DNA from: Naegleria gruberi
Lineage: Eukaryota
Length of the DNA stretch: 64,000 nucleotides
Assembly: GCA_000004985.1 (NCBI GenBank)
Contig: GG738857.1
Strand: one strand, 5' to 3'
Made by a program: the position numbers and the translations under genes. Of this stretch, positions 23,024-35,900 are shown one piece after another. Each line of letters starts with the position of its first letter. Within the stretch, counting starts at the first letter, position 1. The notes below the pieces were generated by a model. That model saw nothing but the letters and a program-made list of their open reading frames with translations. It ran no database searches and was not told where the DNA came from.

Positions 23024-26000
23024 GAACATAATCATAATAATTTTAATGATTTAAATGATATAGATTCATTAATGTCACCAACAGAAGCAACTTCCAAATC
23101 CATTTCCATTGGATTAGTTTCTAGTTTAGGTAAAAATGTAGCACTTGCATCAGCTCATATTCCATGGTATAAAAGAATTACAATGGGAATGGGTTATTAT
23201 TTAGGAATGGCAATGTTTTTAATATTTAAATTTACATTCATTTCAATACCTGTTTGGGTTTATCGTAAATCTACTGGTTACACTCCTCCACCTATTAAGG
23301 AACGTTTCGAACAAGTACCTGTTATTAAGGTTATTAAGAAACCTTCAAGAAAAGTTTCATCAAATATCAATTCTTCTACAAGTGTTAAACGTAATATTGT
23401 TGGTGGTGGTGCTAATACTAATAATAATAATACTGATAATAATAATATAACACCTACTACACCAAATGATTATATTAAATCATCAGTATCTAATACATCA
23501 TTATCATTAACTCCACAAACTCCAAGTGGTAGCGGCAATAATTTAATCATTTCAGATCCACTTGCAAGTGAATCAAGTCGATTACTATCACGTGAATATG
23601 GTAGAATTATTATGGAAGAATATATTGGTAAATTAACTAAAGAAGATATATTTCCTAAAAGAGCACATGATAAAGATACCAATCTAAAACAAGTTCTTGA
23701 AATTGATGTAGTTGACTTGAAAAAAGGTCTCACTCATGTACTAATTTGGGTAAAAGGACGTAAAAAATCGAGAGCAACACTTGCACCACTTTATTGGACA
23801 AGTTTAAATCATAATGATTGTTTCATTTTGGATTGTGGTAAAATTTGTTACATTTACAATGGACAATATTCTAACAAATTATGTAGAGCTAAAGCATTAG
23901 ATATTTCACAAATGATTAAATATAAGGAAAGAGGTGGTGATTGTCAAGTTGTAATTATTGATGGTATTGATTATTCTAATAATGGAAATAATTCTAATAA
24001 TAATTCTAATAACAATGACATGACACCATTATATAAAAAACAAGTATTACAATTTTGGAAAGAATTAGGATTAACAAGTGAAAATGAATTTTGTGAATTA
24101 TTAAATATTCACTTTCCTAAAAAGGAAGATTCTAGTAGTAGTAGTAATAATAATGTATTAAACAGATTAAAATTAACAGATAAATCTAAATTTACATCAA
24201 AAGATGAATTAAATGATGATTTATATCAACAATTTAATGATTTAGGTCAAAGATTATATAAATTAAATTCAGAAATCTTTGAAGAACTTCCACTAAAAAT
24301 AGAATTAAATGAAACACAAGATGAATACATAGAAAGAATATCACCATATATGTTAAGTGTTATAAAATTAAATCAAATACCAGGTGGTGAAATTGTAAAT
24401 TTAAAAGAATTAGAAAATTTATTAAATAATGAAAAGAATTTAATTGATCCAAATAAGGTATCAGAAATTACACAACCATCACATCATGTTTTACATTCTG
24501 ATCAATGTTACATTTTTGAAAGTTTATTTACAAATGAAGTTTTCTTTTGGAGTGGAAAACAAAGTAATTTAAATATTAGAAAATGGGGAATTGCTATTGC
24601 TAAAAAATTAGCACAATATAGATCTTTAAATAATAATCCATTTTCATTGAAAAATCCAATTTTACAACGTTTTAAATCTATTTTAAATAATTCTATTAAT
24701 ATTACTATAAATGGAAGTAATTCTATAAATGGAAATCAATTACCTAATAATAGAAAATATTTATCATCCATTACACGTGTTATAGAAGAAGGTGAACATT
24801 CTATTTATAAACAAAAATTTAGTGATTATCCAGGAATGTTAATGATTCAAACACAATCACAAGAATCACGTGGAAATGTTGCAGAAAAAAAGAAACAATC
24901 AAAAATTAATTTTTTAGAATTATTAAAATCTAAAAATAATTTAAAAGAAGAATTAAAATCTAATTCACAAAAACAATTTATTGATCCAACTTTAGTAACT
25001 ACCATATATAGTAGTAAAATTAGAATGTGGAGAGTGAGTGATTTTCAAAAAATACCATATCAACATTTAGGTCATTTCTTTACAGGTGATGCATTTATTA
25101 TTTTATTTACCTATACAAAAATAGAAGGTGGTAAATCTTTCCATAAATTATTCTTTTGGCAAGGAAGAGATATTAAAAAGAAAGATAAAGGAACATCTGC
25201 ATATAAAACTGTTGAAATTAATGAAATGATTGATGAAGGTGTTGTAGAAAATCAAATTAGAGTTGTACAAGATAAGGAACCTAAACTATTTTTAGATTTA
25301 TTTAAATTTAACCCAAATAGTATGGAAGAGAGTACTACTATTGAAAATGATAAACATTATAAGAAGGTACCTTATTTTATTCATAAGGGTAAATATAGAC
25401 CTTCTGTTTTGGAATCTTTTGAAAAGGCTAACAAATTATCTTCTATTATTGGTAATATTTCTAATAATAATAATAATGGAAATATTAATCCAAAATCATC
25501 ACCATTACCAAAATTAAATATTTCTAATAATACAAATGATAATAATAATACAAATAATACCACTACAACTACACCAACAACACCTACAATTTCAAATGAT
25601 GAAGAAATGAATCTTGCACCTGTTAAATTATTTACTTCCATAAATGGAAATTTAGATGAAAATGAAAAATTTTCACCTCAAATTTTACAATTCCAAACAG
25701 AAATGATTGAAAGAATAATTTCTAAAAATATAAAATTAGAATATTTAAAATCCTATGATTTTAGAAATGGAATTTTATGTGAAACTGATGATTTACATCC
25801 AAATTATTTAAATCCATTTAATTTAATAATTTTTTCAAATTTAAATTTTAATGTTTATTTAAATAGAATTGAACTAAATAAGGAAATTGAACAAGATGAT
25901 TTAAAAACTATTATTTATTATGGAAAATATTGTAAAGAATCTGATAAGAAATTTATTGAAAATAATGTTTTAAATTTATTTAATAATAATAATATAATTA

Positions 26001-26908
26001 CTATAAATGGAAATAATCAAGAATTATTAGAAAATGTATTTACTAAGGAAATTGATCCAACATTTGAATATTTTATTTCTAGATTTAATAATTATTTAAA
26101 TACTTTTGAATTTAAAAATAATTATAATATTTCCTTTTATAATATTAATGATCATTCAGGTGAATTTACTTTAAATAGATTGGATCCATTTGGTGAAATT
26201 GATTTATCTTCTTCACAAGCCTTTATTTTAGATTGTCTTGATTTAGAAGGTAAAATCTATGTTTGGATTGGAATGTTATGTAATATTGAAACAAAGAAAT
26301 TTGCACTTTCAACTACCATTCAATATTACTATACATGGAAATCACAAACTTGTAATGATGAATTTTATAAGAAGAAACCTCAAAATGATGACATGGATGA
26401 TTTTGATCCAAGTAAATTTTTACAAAAATCAGATGAACAATCATTACTTGTCATTCAAGAAATGGAAGAACCACAAGAATTTACAAAACATTTCATTTCA
26501 TGGTCAATTAATTCAACTTCATTCAAAGTTAGATTTAAACAATTACAAGATCCAAATTTAATTTCAAAGGGTTTTGTTAAAACACCAAGAACTCCAAGAA
26601 GATCAAATATTAATGTTCAAATTTCTAAACATGAAAAGAATTTATTTGAACATTCTTCATCCATTTTTGAAATTGAACATTGTTCAAATGTTTTACAATT
26701 ATATAACAAATTATTTACTCACAAAACTTATAGTTATGCAATTTTAACAAGTGGTGCAAATATTCCAGAAGGTATTGATAAATCTAAATTAGAATCTTAT
26801 TTATCAAATGAAGAATTCCAAAAAGTATTTGGAATGGATAAAAAGAAATTTGCTACTTTACAAAATTGGAAACAAACCTCTTTGAAAAAGGAAAAGAATT
26901 TATTTTAA
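21248..26908 (+). CDS. Villidin-like giant actin-binding protein: N-terminal coronin-type WD40 domain, long low-complexity linker, several gelsolin repeats and a C-terminal villin headpiece (1886 aa, single exon)
   Basis: The N-terminus has the coronin signature RPSKYRHLNG plus WD blades. Gelsolin repeats include LNHNDCFILDCGKICYIYNGQYS, IRMWRVSDF..GDAFIIL..FFWQGRD..IRVVQDKEP and LDPFGEIDLSSSQAFILDC. The C-terminal LSNEEFQKVFGMDKKKFATLQNWKQTSLKKEKNLF is a villin headpiece (cf. [35 protein letters not shown]). This architecture is known from Dictyostelium villidin. Confidence 0.85.
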
Positions 26909-26975
26909 ATCACTCGCATATATTATTATTAAATTTGTATATTTTTTAAAATGATCATATTCTTTCAAAAGAAGA

Positions 26976-29607
26976 TTAATAATTTGTACATCCATTTTCC
27001 TTCATGTACTTTTCTGCATCAAGTCTAGAAGTAAATGATTTAAATTTTGCTCCTTGAAATTGATCAACTTGAATTTTACATTCGTCCCACGTATTAAATA
27101 TACCTGTTCTTCTACCAATACAAACACAATATAATTTACCACTCTTTGACATTCCACTACTTCCACTTCCACTTCCACTACTACCATAACTTTTAGATGT
27201 ATTACTGTTACTGTTGGATGTTATTGCTCTTCCAGGATTAAGTTTTGATTTTTTCATAATTTGTGAATGATAAGATGTTCCACTCTGAGTAGAATTTGAA
27301 TCATTTTTACGTTTCTTTGTATTTCCACCACCACTTGTAAAATCTGATAAATCTAAATTTTGTAAAGTTTCTTCAAATATTTTTCTTCTCTTTTCAAAAG
27401 ATTCTTCATTCTTTTTTAATAAATTTTCAATAAATAAATCTTTTGAACTTGTATCTTGTGCTGAATATTGTTCTTGTTTTTTAAGTTTGTTATAAAAATC
27501 AATTGCTTCTCTATTTATATGTCTAGTTAAATTATATGAATTAAAATTTGTAACTTTTAAATATTTCATTGTTTTTGCACGTGATAATGCAACATAGATT
27601 TGACCTGGACTAAACACTGTTGATAAATCAATTACACATTTTTGTAATGTTAATCCTTGTGTTTTATGTACTGTCATGGCTATTATTATTAAATTTAAAA
27701 ATATAAAATATTAAATATTAAATATTAATATAAATTAAATATTAATATAAAAATATTAAATTATTAAATATTAAATTAAAAAACATACCATAAGCTAATT
27801 TTAAAGGAATTTGAATTCTAACACCTTTAGATTTTTTTGGACCATCTGTTTCAAAAATGGTAGGATGTACAATTTTAATAATTTTAATTTCCTTTCCATT
27901 TTCTTCTCTTGTAAAAACCACTTTTGGAAATAATTCACCATTTTCATTAATATATTGTTCAGCATATTGTTTAATATTCTTATTTGAACTTTGTAAATCA
28001 CTTGGTGTTTGTTTAATAAAACCAATAATTTCACCTCTTGTTCCATTCACTAATTGATTTGTAAAATCATTTTTAATTATCATTACTTGTGCTCCAATAC
28101 GTAAATTAATTTCCTGTGATGCATTAGATGAATTAAAATTTGTTAATATAGCACTTTTAATATATTCTTTAATAGTTGGATGATCTACTTTTGGATCATA
28201 ATCTCCATATGAAAAAAATGTTTGATCTCTATAAGTATATTGTGGTGGTGATAATTTTAATAATTCTGTATCATTCACTGTATCTACATTCTTATTTAAT
28301 GTATGAATAACTGTTGCCTTTTCAATTCCATCAAATTTATTATTTTCTAATCTTTTTAATGTTTGTACTATATTATTATTAGTTTGACAACATCTAATAG
28401 AATTTAATATTGATATCCATTCTTTTTCTTCCTGTCTAAATACATTACTCAATTCAAATGTATATTTAATTGTACGTTCCCAACATGTAGCTTTAAAACA
28501 CATTTCCTTTTTTTGATAAATAGTTTCACCATGTTCATTTTTAAATGATTTACTAACAGGTGGTAACTATAAATATATTTGATAGATTTTGAATAGATAT
28601 TGTAGTAGAATTATTATTATTAGATTAGATTAATGTGAATATGAATATTATATTTTGAGATTAAATTGAATGGTATTAGATTTGATTGGTGTGAATATGA
28701 TTGAAAATCATTAAAAAAAACAAACCTGTAAGAAATCACCACATAAAATAACTTGAATTCCACCAAATGCAGGTAATTGTTTCATAATAACTTCTTTAGG
28801 TGCTCTAGATGCAGCAATTTCAAAGAAACATCTAATTTCAGTTGCAATTGATTCTAATTGATCAAAATATTGACCATCAATCATTGAAATTTCATCAACA
28901 ATTAAAACATCAACACTTCTCCATTCTTTTTCATTTCTCCAAGCTGTTTTACTATCAACTTTACCATTATCCAATGTTCTAATACCTGCAAATGAGCTAA
29001 TTAATTTTTAAATAAAGTATTACAATATAATTACAATGTTAAATATAAGTATACTATAATAATTAGAAATATTTACATACTGTATAGTTGATCCACCAAT
29101 ATTAACAGCAGAAATACCAGTTGAAGCAGTCACCACAACTTTCTTTTGTTGAACATTTGATAAAGTTTGAATAATACATTCTAATAAGAAACTTTTACCA
29201 GTTCCAGCAACACCTGTAATAAAAACTGAATGTCCTTCCATTACACATTTCAAAACATTCATTTGTTCATCACTTAATTTTGATAACAAGCCTTGATAGG
29301 TATCACATTGATTTAAATCAAAACTAGCTAATTCGGGAAATATTGTTGAAGGTAATTCTTGTTGTTTACTTTTCAATTTCATATCATTTGCAAATGATGT
29401 AATTGATCCGAGTGTTTTTGGAGGTGCTTTAGTTGTTGTTGCTGTTGATGTTGTTGTACTATTACTAACACCAGTACTAAAGGAAGGCTTTTTAGATGCT
29501 GAAGCTTTCTTAATTTTAGGTGGTGCACCTCCTCCGGAAGAAGGCATTGATCTTGGTTTTGGCTTTGCATTTGCAGGTACAAATACTACTCCATTCTTTT
29601 CTAACAT
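26976..29607 (-). CDS. PIF1: PIF1-family 5'-3' DNA helicase with a C-terminal RNase H1 N-terminal-type hybrid-binding domain (HBD/Cauli_VI). About 4 exons on the minus strand
   Basis: It has Walker A VFITGVAGTGKSFLL; GGSTIQ|HSFAGI after the spliced intron (cf. Pif1 NIGGITIHSFAGIG); motif II VLIVDEISMI; FGGIQVILCGDFLQ; and MTVHKTQGLTL..VDL..PGQIYVALSRAK. The last exon ends with KLYCVCIGRRTGIFNTWDECKIQVDQFQGAKFKSFTSRLDAEKYM, which matches the RNase H1 N-terminal HBD consensus (FYAV.RGR.PGIY..W.EC..QV.GF.GA.FKKF.T..EA..F). Confidence 0.85.
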
Positions 29608-30226
29608 TATGATGATGAATTTGTGTTCAAAGCCTTTGTTGAATGTTTGAAGGCTTTTTTTTTGATTCAAAGTGTTTTTAACGTTCTATTAAAAATTAGA
29701 ACATTTTGGCGGGTTGAACGATTCTTGAACTAAGACACTTCTCAATAGAATTTATTAACAGGTAACAATGTCGAAATAACTTTATGATTAAGGGCATCCT
29801 GCTAACTCCCACTGATTTAAAAAGTCAGACGAAATTCACTAAAGTGGTAGTAGCATTGAATAATAATAAATAATTTAATTTTAAAATTGTAAAACGAAAT
29901 GATTATTATTCAATAATATCTTCACTGTTGGAGCACAATTTCCAATAATAATGCGATCATCAATGTCATTGTCATTTCCTTTCACATCATAATCACAAAA
30001 AAATCACTGATTCAAATCTATTCAATTAGCCTTTGTATTTGACTCTACTATTGTTGTTTCTCTGATTTTAACGTTTGATTCTCTCCAACTCACCTCTATT
30101 GGAGCCTTCATAACTTATAATACTCAACAGCGCTCTCTTTCACGAAATATCACAACACCTCATCAATAATAATTCATTGAAAAAAAACAATTCTATTGTA
30201 TCATATATATATTGTAGAGCAAAGAG

Positions 30227-31675
30227 ATGAATAACCGATTACTTGATGATGATCATGACGATGATAATGATTCACTCCTTACACCTGGATTAAATCAACA
30301 ACAACAACAACAACAAGCCTTCAGTAAGTCAACAAATCCAAACTCAACTAGTAGTTTACACGACCGATATGATGATGATGATGATATTTCTGGTGATGAA
30401 TATTTACCTCATAATTCACTATTATTGAATAATCAAAAAGACTCCAATACAACACAAGCCTCTAAAACAAATAAGAAATGGTGGAATTTAAAAAAGGATC
30501 GTAAATCACACGTCGTTTGTTGGATGATGATTTTAGGATCTGGATTATTATTGACTTCTATTGGTATCGTTTCAATGGTTTTATTAGTCATTTACTCTCC
30601 AACTCCAAAGGAAATGTATGTTTTCATATCGTTTTGATATATTTAAATAATAATATTATTTTTTACTTCAATATTTTTTATTCAATTAAATGAATGAAAA
30701 AATTTTGTAATAATTTTAATAATAATTTTAATAATAATTTAAAAATAGTTTGAATGGTACAAGTCCAATTAGTGAAAAACAATGGAAAGAAATAGTATTA
30801 GAAACATTTGGAGTAGTGAGTGGATTTGTTATTGGTATTGGAATAGTTTTATCAGTTACACNNNNNNNNNNNNNNNNNNNNNNNNNNNNNNNNNNNNNNN
30901 NNNNNNNNNNNNNNNNNNNNNNNNNNNNNNNNNNNNNNNNNNNNNNNNNNNNNNNNNNNNNNNNNNNNNNNNNNNNNNNNNNNNNNNNNNNNNNNNNNNN
31001 NNNNNNNNNNNNNNNNNNNNNNGCACAATTGTCATCTCAATTGAATCACAACAAGAAACAGCAAGTCAAGCTCAAAGAGAAGTTGGTACTAAATCAACTT
31101 CAGTGATTGCTGTATTGAAGAATATTAATTTTGTAACAAAATTAAGAACTGCCTCTATTACATTATATCCAATTTATCCATCAACATTGAATCCATCTGT
31201 TACAATACCATATAATGAAAGTATGAGAATTGTTGGATATAAATCATCTAATACTATTTCATTCACAGTTACAAGTTTAACAATTATTGGTGAAGTATTG
31301 GATAAATTAATTGAATTGGGTGTAACACAAATATCAAGTATTAATATGCAAGCAAATGAAACAGCTGTTAATAATGCACGTGAACAAGCTCTTTCATTGG
31401 CTGTACAAGATGCTAAATCTAAAATTGAAAAAGTTGTTGCAACATTGAATCCTGATTTAACCATTGAAACTATTAGAAGTAGAATGTATACCTATGATGT
31501 TAATATTGATAGTGTTAATAGACCAATTCCAATCGCATTCCCTTATTTTGCTCAAGGTGCTTCATATAGAATGGATGCTGCTCAATCACAATCTGTTCCA
31601 GTAGTAGGTGGTGATCAGACTATTGATTCATATGTTACTGTAAAGATGGTTTTTAGACAACAACAACAACAATAG
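30227..31675 (+). CDS. SIMPL/DUF541-domain membrane protein. Exon 30227..30615, intron 30616..30748, exon 30749..31675 interrupted by the assembly gap 30862..31022
   Basis: The second half (SITLYPIYP...ISFTVTSLTII..LDKLIELGVTQISSINMQANE..A..A...A..KIEKVV..L..P..) resembles the SIMPL/BP26/DUF541 family. There are two predicted TM helices (VVCWMMILGSGLLLTSIGIVSMVLLVIY; VVSGFVIGIGIVLSVT). The frame across the N-gap is unknown. Confidence 0.6.
30862..31022. other. Scaffold gap (run of N)
   Basis: 161 n characters; the true length and the reading frame across it are unknown. Confidence 1.
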
Positions 31676-31942
31676 AATATTTGAATTATGATTCCTTATT
31701 GATTTTTTTGAGATTAATTTGAAAGACCTTTTTGTATTTTTTAATAATAAATTGCGAAACTTTTTTGTCAAGTTTTTGGAAGAAATTTCTGACAAGCCTC
31801 TTGTGAAGATAACTTGAAAGGCTTTGTTCTTCGAGCAAAAAATAGAATATCACCACTCAAAAAAATACCTAAGTGATCCACCTAGTGATTCACCCCAACA
31901 ACTGTAAATAACAATCATTCCGAATCAAAGCCTTTGTACAAT

Positions 31943-32560
31943 ATGTCCCGTAAAACAACCTCTCAAGAAGAAAAGCTCGACATTGTTGTTGACTTTTTCC
32001 TTCAACATTGTGAACCATTCTCTCTTAAAGAATTAGAAAAGAAATTACCAAAATTCAATTCAGCCATCAAATTCCCTCTCATCAAAGATCTTCTCACATC
32101 ATTATCAGCTGACTCTAGAATTGATACAGATAAAGTTGGTTCATCGAATCAATACTGGTTGTTCCCTAGTGCAGCCTCTGAAGTAAGAAAGAGAAAAAAG
32201 TCAGAATTGGAAGATCAAGTTGAAAATGAAAAACAAAAGAAGATTAAATTGGAAGAAGAAATTCAAGAAGCCTCCGAAGGAAAGGAAAATACAGAAGAGA
32301 GATCAGGTTATCTAGAAGAATTACAAGAAATCAGAAAGGAAAGAGAAGGAGTGAATGCACAATTAAAAAGATTTGAAGATTTGGATCCGGAATTGATTGA
32401 AAAGATTAAATCGGATGTTAGTGTCTGTAAAGATTCTGCTAATAGATGGACAGACAATATATTTTCATTGGTTGGTTATTGTAAAAAGACCTTTAATATG
32501 GATAATAGTACAATTTATCAAATGTTTGAAATTCCAGAAGATTTTGATAACTTGGAATAA
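31943..32560 (+). CDS. MND1: Meiotic nuclear division protein 1 homolog (Mnd1, Hop2-Mnd1 complex)
   Basis: It is colinear with human MND1: EEKLDIVVDFF (EEKRTRMMEIFFE); LKELEKKLPK; GSSNQYWLFPS (GTSNYYWAFPS); ANRWTDNIFSL (ANRWTDNIFAI); FEIPEDFDNLE (FGIPEDFDYID). Confidence 0.85.
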   Translation: MSRKTTSQEEKLDIVVDFFLQHCEPFSLKELEKKLPKFNSAIKFPLIKDLLTSLSADSRIDTDKVGSSNQYWLFPSAASEVRKRKKSELEDQVENEKQKKIKLEEEIQEASEGKENTEERSGYLEELQEIRKEREGVNAQLKRFEDLDPELIEKIKSDVSVCKDSANRWTDNIFSLVGYCKKTFNMDNSTIYQMFEIPEDFDNLE

Positions 32561-32941
32561 ATACCTAATGTAGATGTAATTTCATCATCAATTATTATAT
32601 ACTACGGGAATTTATTAATGTGGATAGTCGTGTAGGATCATCATGTGATCTTTAAAATAATAATTATCATTGGCCGATGATACAATATCTGTTTAATGTT
32701 GACTTGCTGGTAGTAAGAACAAACATCACATAAAAAATTTCATCAAGGCTGTATTCATCACGGAGAGTAATTAAATTTTGATAGAAGAAGAACAAAGACT
32801 ACTTTTTGTATATATTCTTCTCGAGATTGAACCACTATTAACAACTACTCTAACCAATCAATCAATAACATTTATCAACAACAAAAGCATCAAAAAGTGG
32901 TGCTACACCAACAACAATTTTCTACAACAACAACAAGAACC

Positions 32942-35900
32942 ATGAGTACACCCACCAACCACGATTCATCAACCAACTTGACCATTCAAGTAAATGGTGA
33001 TGAAATGTCGTTTAATCCAATCCTTCTTGGATCCATGAGTAATAATAATAACAATGAAGCAACAAGCCTTCTTCAGCCTGAAACTAGTGATGATTATAAT
33101 ACTTCTACTACACAACAGTATCATGATGATAACAACAACAACAACAACATTAATAATACATCATCATCATCTTCAACACAAGTTGTTGAGGGAAGTATAA
33201 TAGTAGAAGGTAATATTATGAGTGAATCTAAACTAAGTGAACAAGATAAACAAAGTCTTGTTAAAGAATTATCAAAAGCAATACTAGGTATATATATGAA
33301 TAATGTTATTCAAACAAGTGTTAAAGACAAAATAATAGAAACTGCAACAGATAAAACTACAGCAAACATTCTAAGTTTTTATTATAAACGAAGAGAATAT
33401 TTAAAACAACAACAACAATATCAACAACAACAAGTAAAACAACAAGTAGAACAAGTAGAACAACAAGTAGAACAAGTAGACCAAGTAGAACAACAATTAA
33501 ATAGAATAATAGAAAAGGAAGAAGGCTTGATTTCATTAGATCATCCAACAAATTTAGATGATTCTATCACAAGAATTGATTTAAATGATGAATATCAACC
33601 TCCTATTACAGAAAATAATAGTAGTAGTAATAATAATATATTAAATAATATACCTTCTTCTTTACCTTCAACAATAGATATTAGTAATAATGATAATGAT
33701 ATTGTAATGATTGATCAATCTTGTAATGATGATAATAGTAATATTAATAATATTAATCATCAACAACAATCTAATCAATTAAATGAACATCAACAACTAG
33801 ATATTAATCATCAATCTAATCAATTAAATGAACAGCAACAACTAGATGATCAACAATCTAATCAATTAAATGAACAATATGATCAACAATCTAATCAATT
33901 AAATGAATCAATTATTCAATTAAATAATGAACAATTAAATGAATCACCAATTCAATTAAATAATAATCAACAATTAAATCAATTAAATAACAAGGATATT
34001 GAAACAGATGTAGAAAATGAAGAAGAAGAATTCTATAAAAAGTATATGAATGATTTTAGAAATGATGATTTAATTGTAAACAAACATGAAGAATTATATC
34101 CATGTGAAAATTCATATATAGATCATTTTAGAGAAGCAATTTTATTAGAATGGAATGAATTTAAAAAACCAATTGAATTTAAATATGAATATATACAAAC
34201 TAGAATTGAACAATTAAAAAAAGAATATAATAATATTATACATTTAATTAATACAGATACTAAATATAGTAATAATAATAATAATGAATTAAATTGTTCA
34301 AAATTATCAGGTATTTCAAATGATAATATTAAAAATAATATAATGATAAATAGATCATCTGAATTATATAATGCTTTTTATACTCCATATAAAAGAAGAT
34401 TAGATTTATTACAACATCCATTTTTTGGAAGTTTTCATGATGTTTTTAATAGAGAAATTGAACATTTAAATCAATTAAAAGAAAAACAATCAGATTTAAC
34501 TATAATTTCATCAAATTGGGTTTCTGCTACTTCAACTAATACAACAATTAATAATAATAGTATTTTAAATGATACAAATACAAATAATAATACTAATAAT
34601 ACTACTAATAATAATAATAATACAAATAATAATTTAAAAATAACATATCCATTTCCATATATAACAACATTGGATATATTAGATTCTATTGAATTATTTA
34701 AAACAGCATCAATATCATATCCACCTAATGATAGAGCAGTACCATTATCATTTTCATCAATATTAAAATATAATAATAATAATAGTAATATTAATAGAAG
34801 AAATGTTTCATCTTCAAATAGAAGAGGTAGAAGAGGTGCAAGTAGATTATCACAAGGTAAAAGAGTTGGCAATAGATCATCTACATCATCATCTACAGCA
34901 ACAGCAACAAGTGGTGGTGGTGGTGGTGGATCAACAAATAAATCCAAACTAAATGATCTTAATCAAGATGAAGATTATGAAGAGAATTTTATACTCTATG
35001 ATAGTACTAAAGATGTTAAAGCAGCAGAAATTACAGTACCTAGTTTTAGAATATTAACAAATGAACAAGTATCTGAATTAAGTGATGAATTTTCAGATGA
35101 TGAAGATATATCAGATGTTAAATATTGTTATTTACATATTGATAAGGAAATGCAAGAACGTCAAAAATATTATATTGCTTCTTTACCTTCTTCTTCTGAT
35201 AAAAAGAAAAAGAAAACTTCAGATCAAGATTCAAAGAATTTACATTATACTATACCTAATCATGATACTTTTAAATTGGCATTTGAAAAGTTTAATAGTA
35301 CTAATACAAATACTAATAATACAAATACAAATAATAATCATAGTACTACTACTACTACACATAATGATCATTCACACCGATTTAAATATAATGATGATTT
35401 ATCAACAGAATTAAAGAGTGGTAAAAATTTAATAAGCATGTCTAATAATTCTATTAATAATACTAGTATAACAACAACATTTAATGATAAATTAACATAT
35501 CTTGTACCAATAGAAGATTTACAACAATATTCATCACAACAACAACAATCAACAGGACCAATGAATGCTAAATTAGCATTTAGTAAACATCAATTTCAAT
35601 CCAAATTAGGATCACCACAAAAAAAGAAAGATTTAAAAAAGGAATTAACAAGTATACCTAGATGGAAATTAATTTCAATTGAATCCTATGTACCATATCC
35701 TATTTTAAAAAAGTGTGATGATCCACGTGGTAATTGGAATGATTTAAAACTTAAAAGTTTAGAAAGAAGATCAAATTTAACACTTGATTTAAATACTGAA
35801 CTTACAAATAATTTATTATTTAATGATTTAAATACTATTAATACTATTAATAATAATACCATTGATACTATTAATACTAATATTAATAATTCTAATTCTA

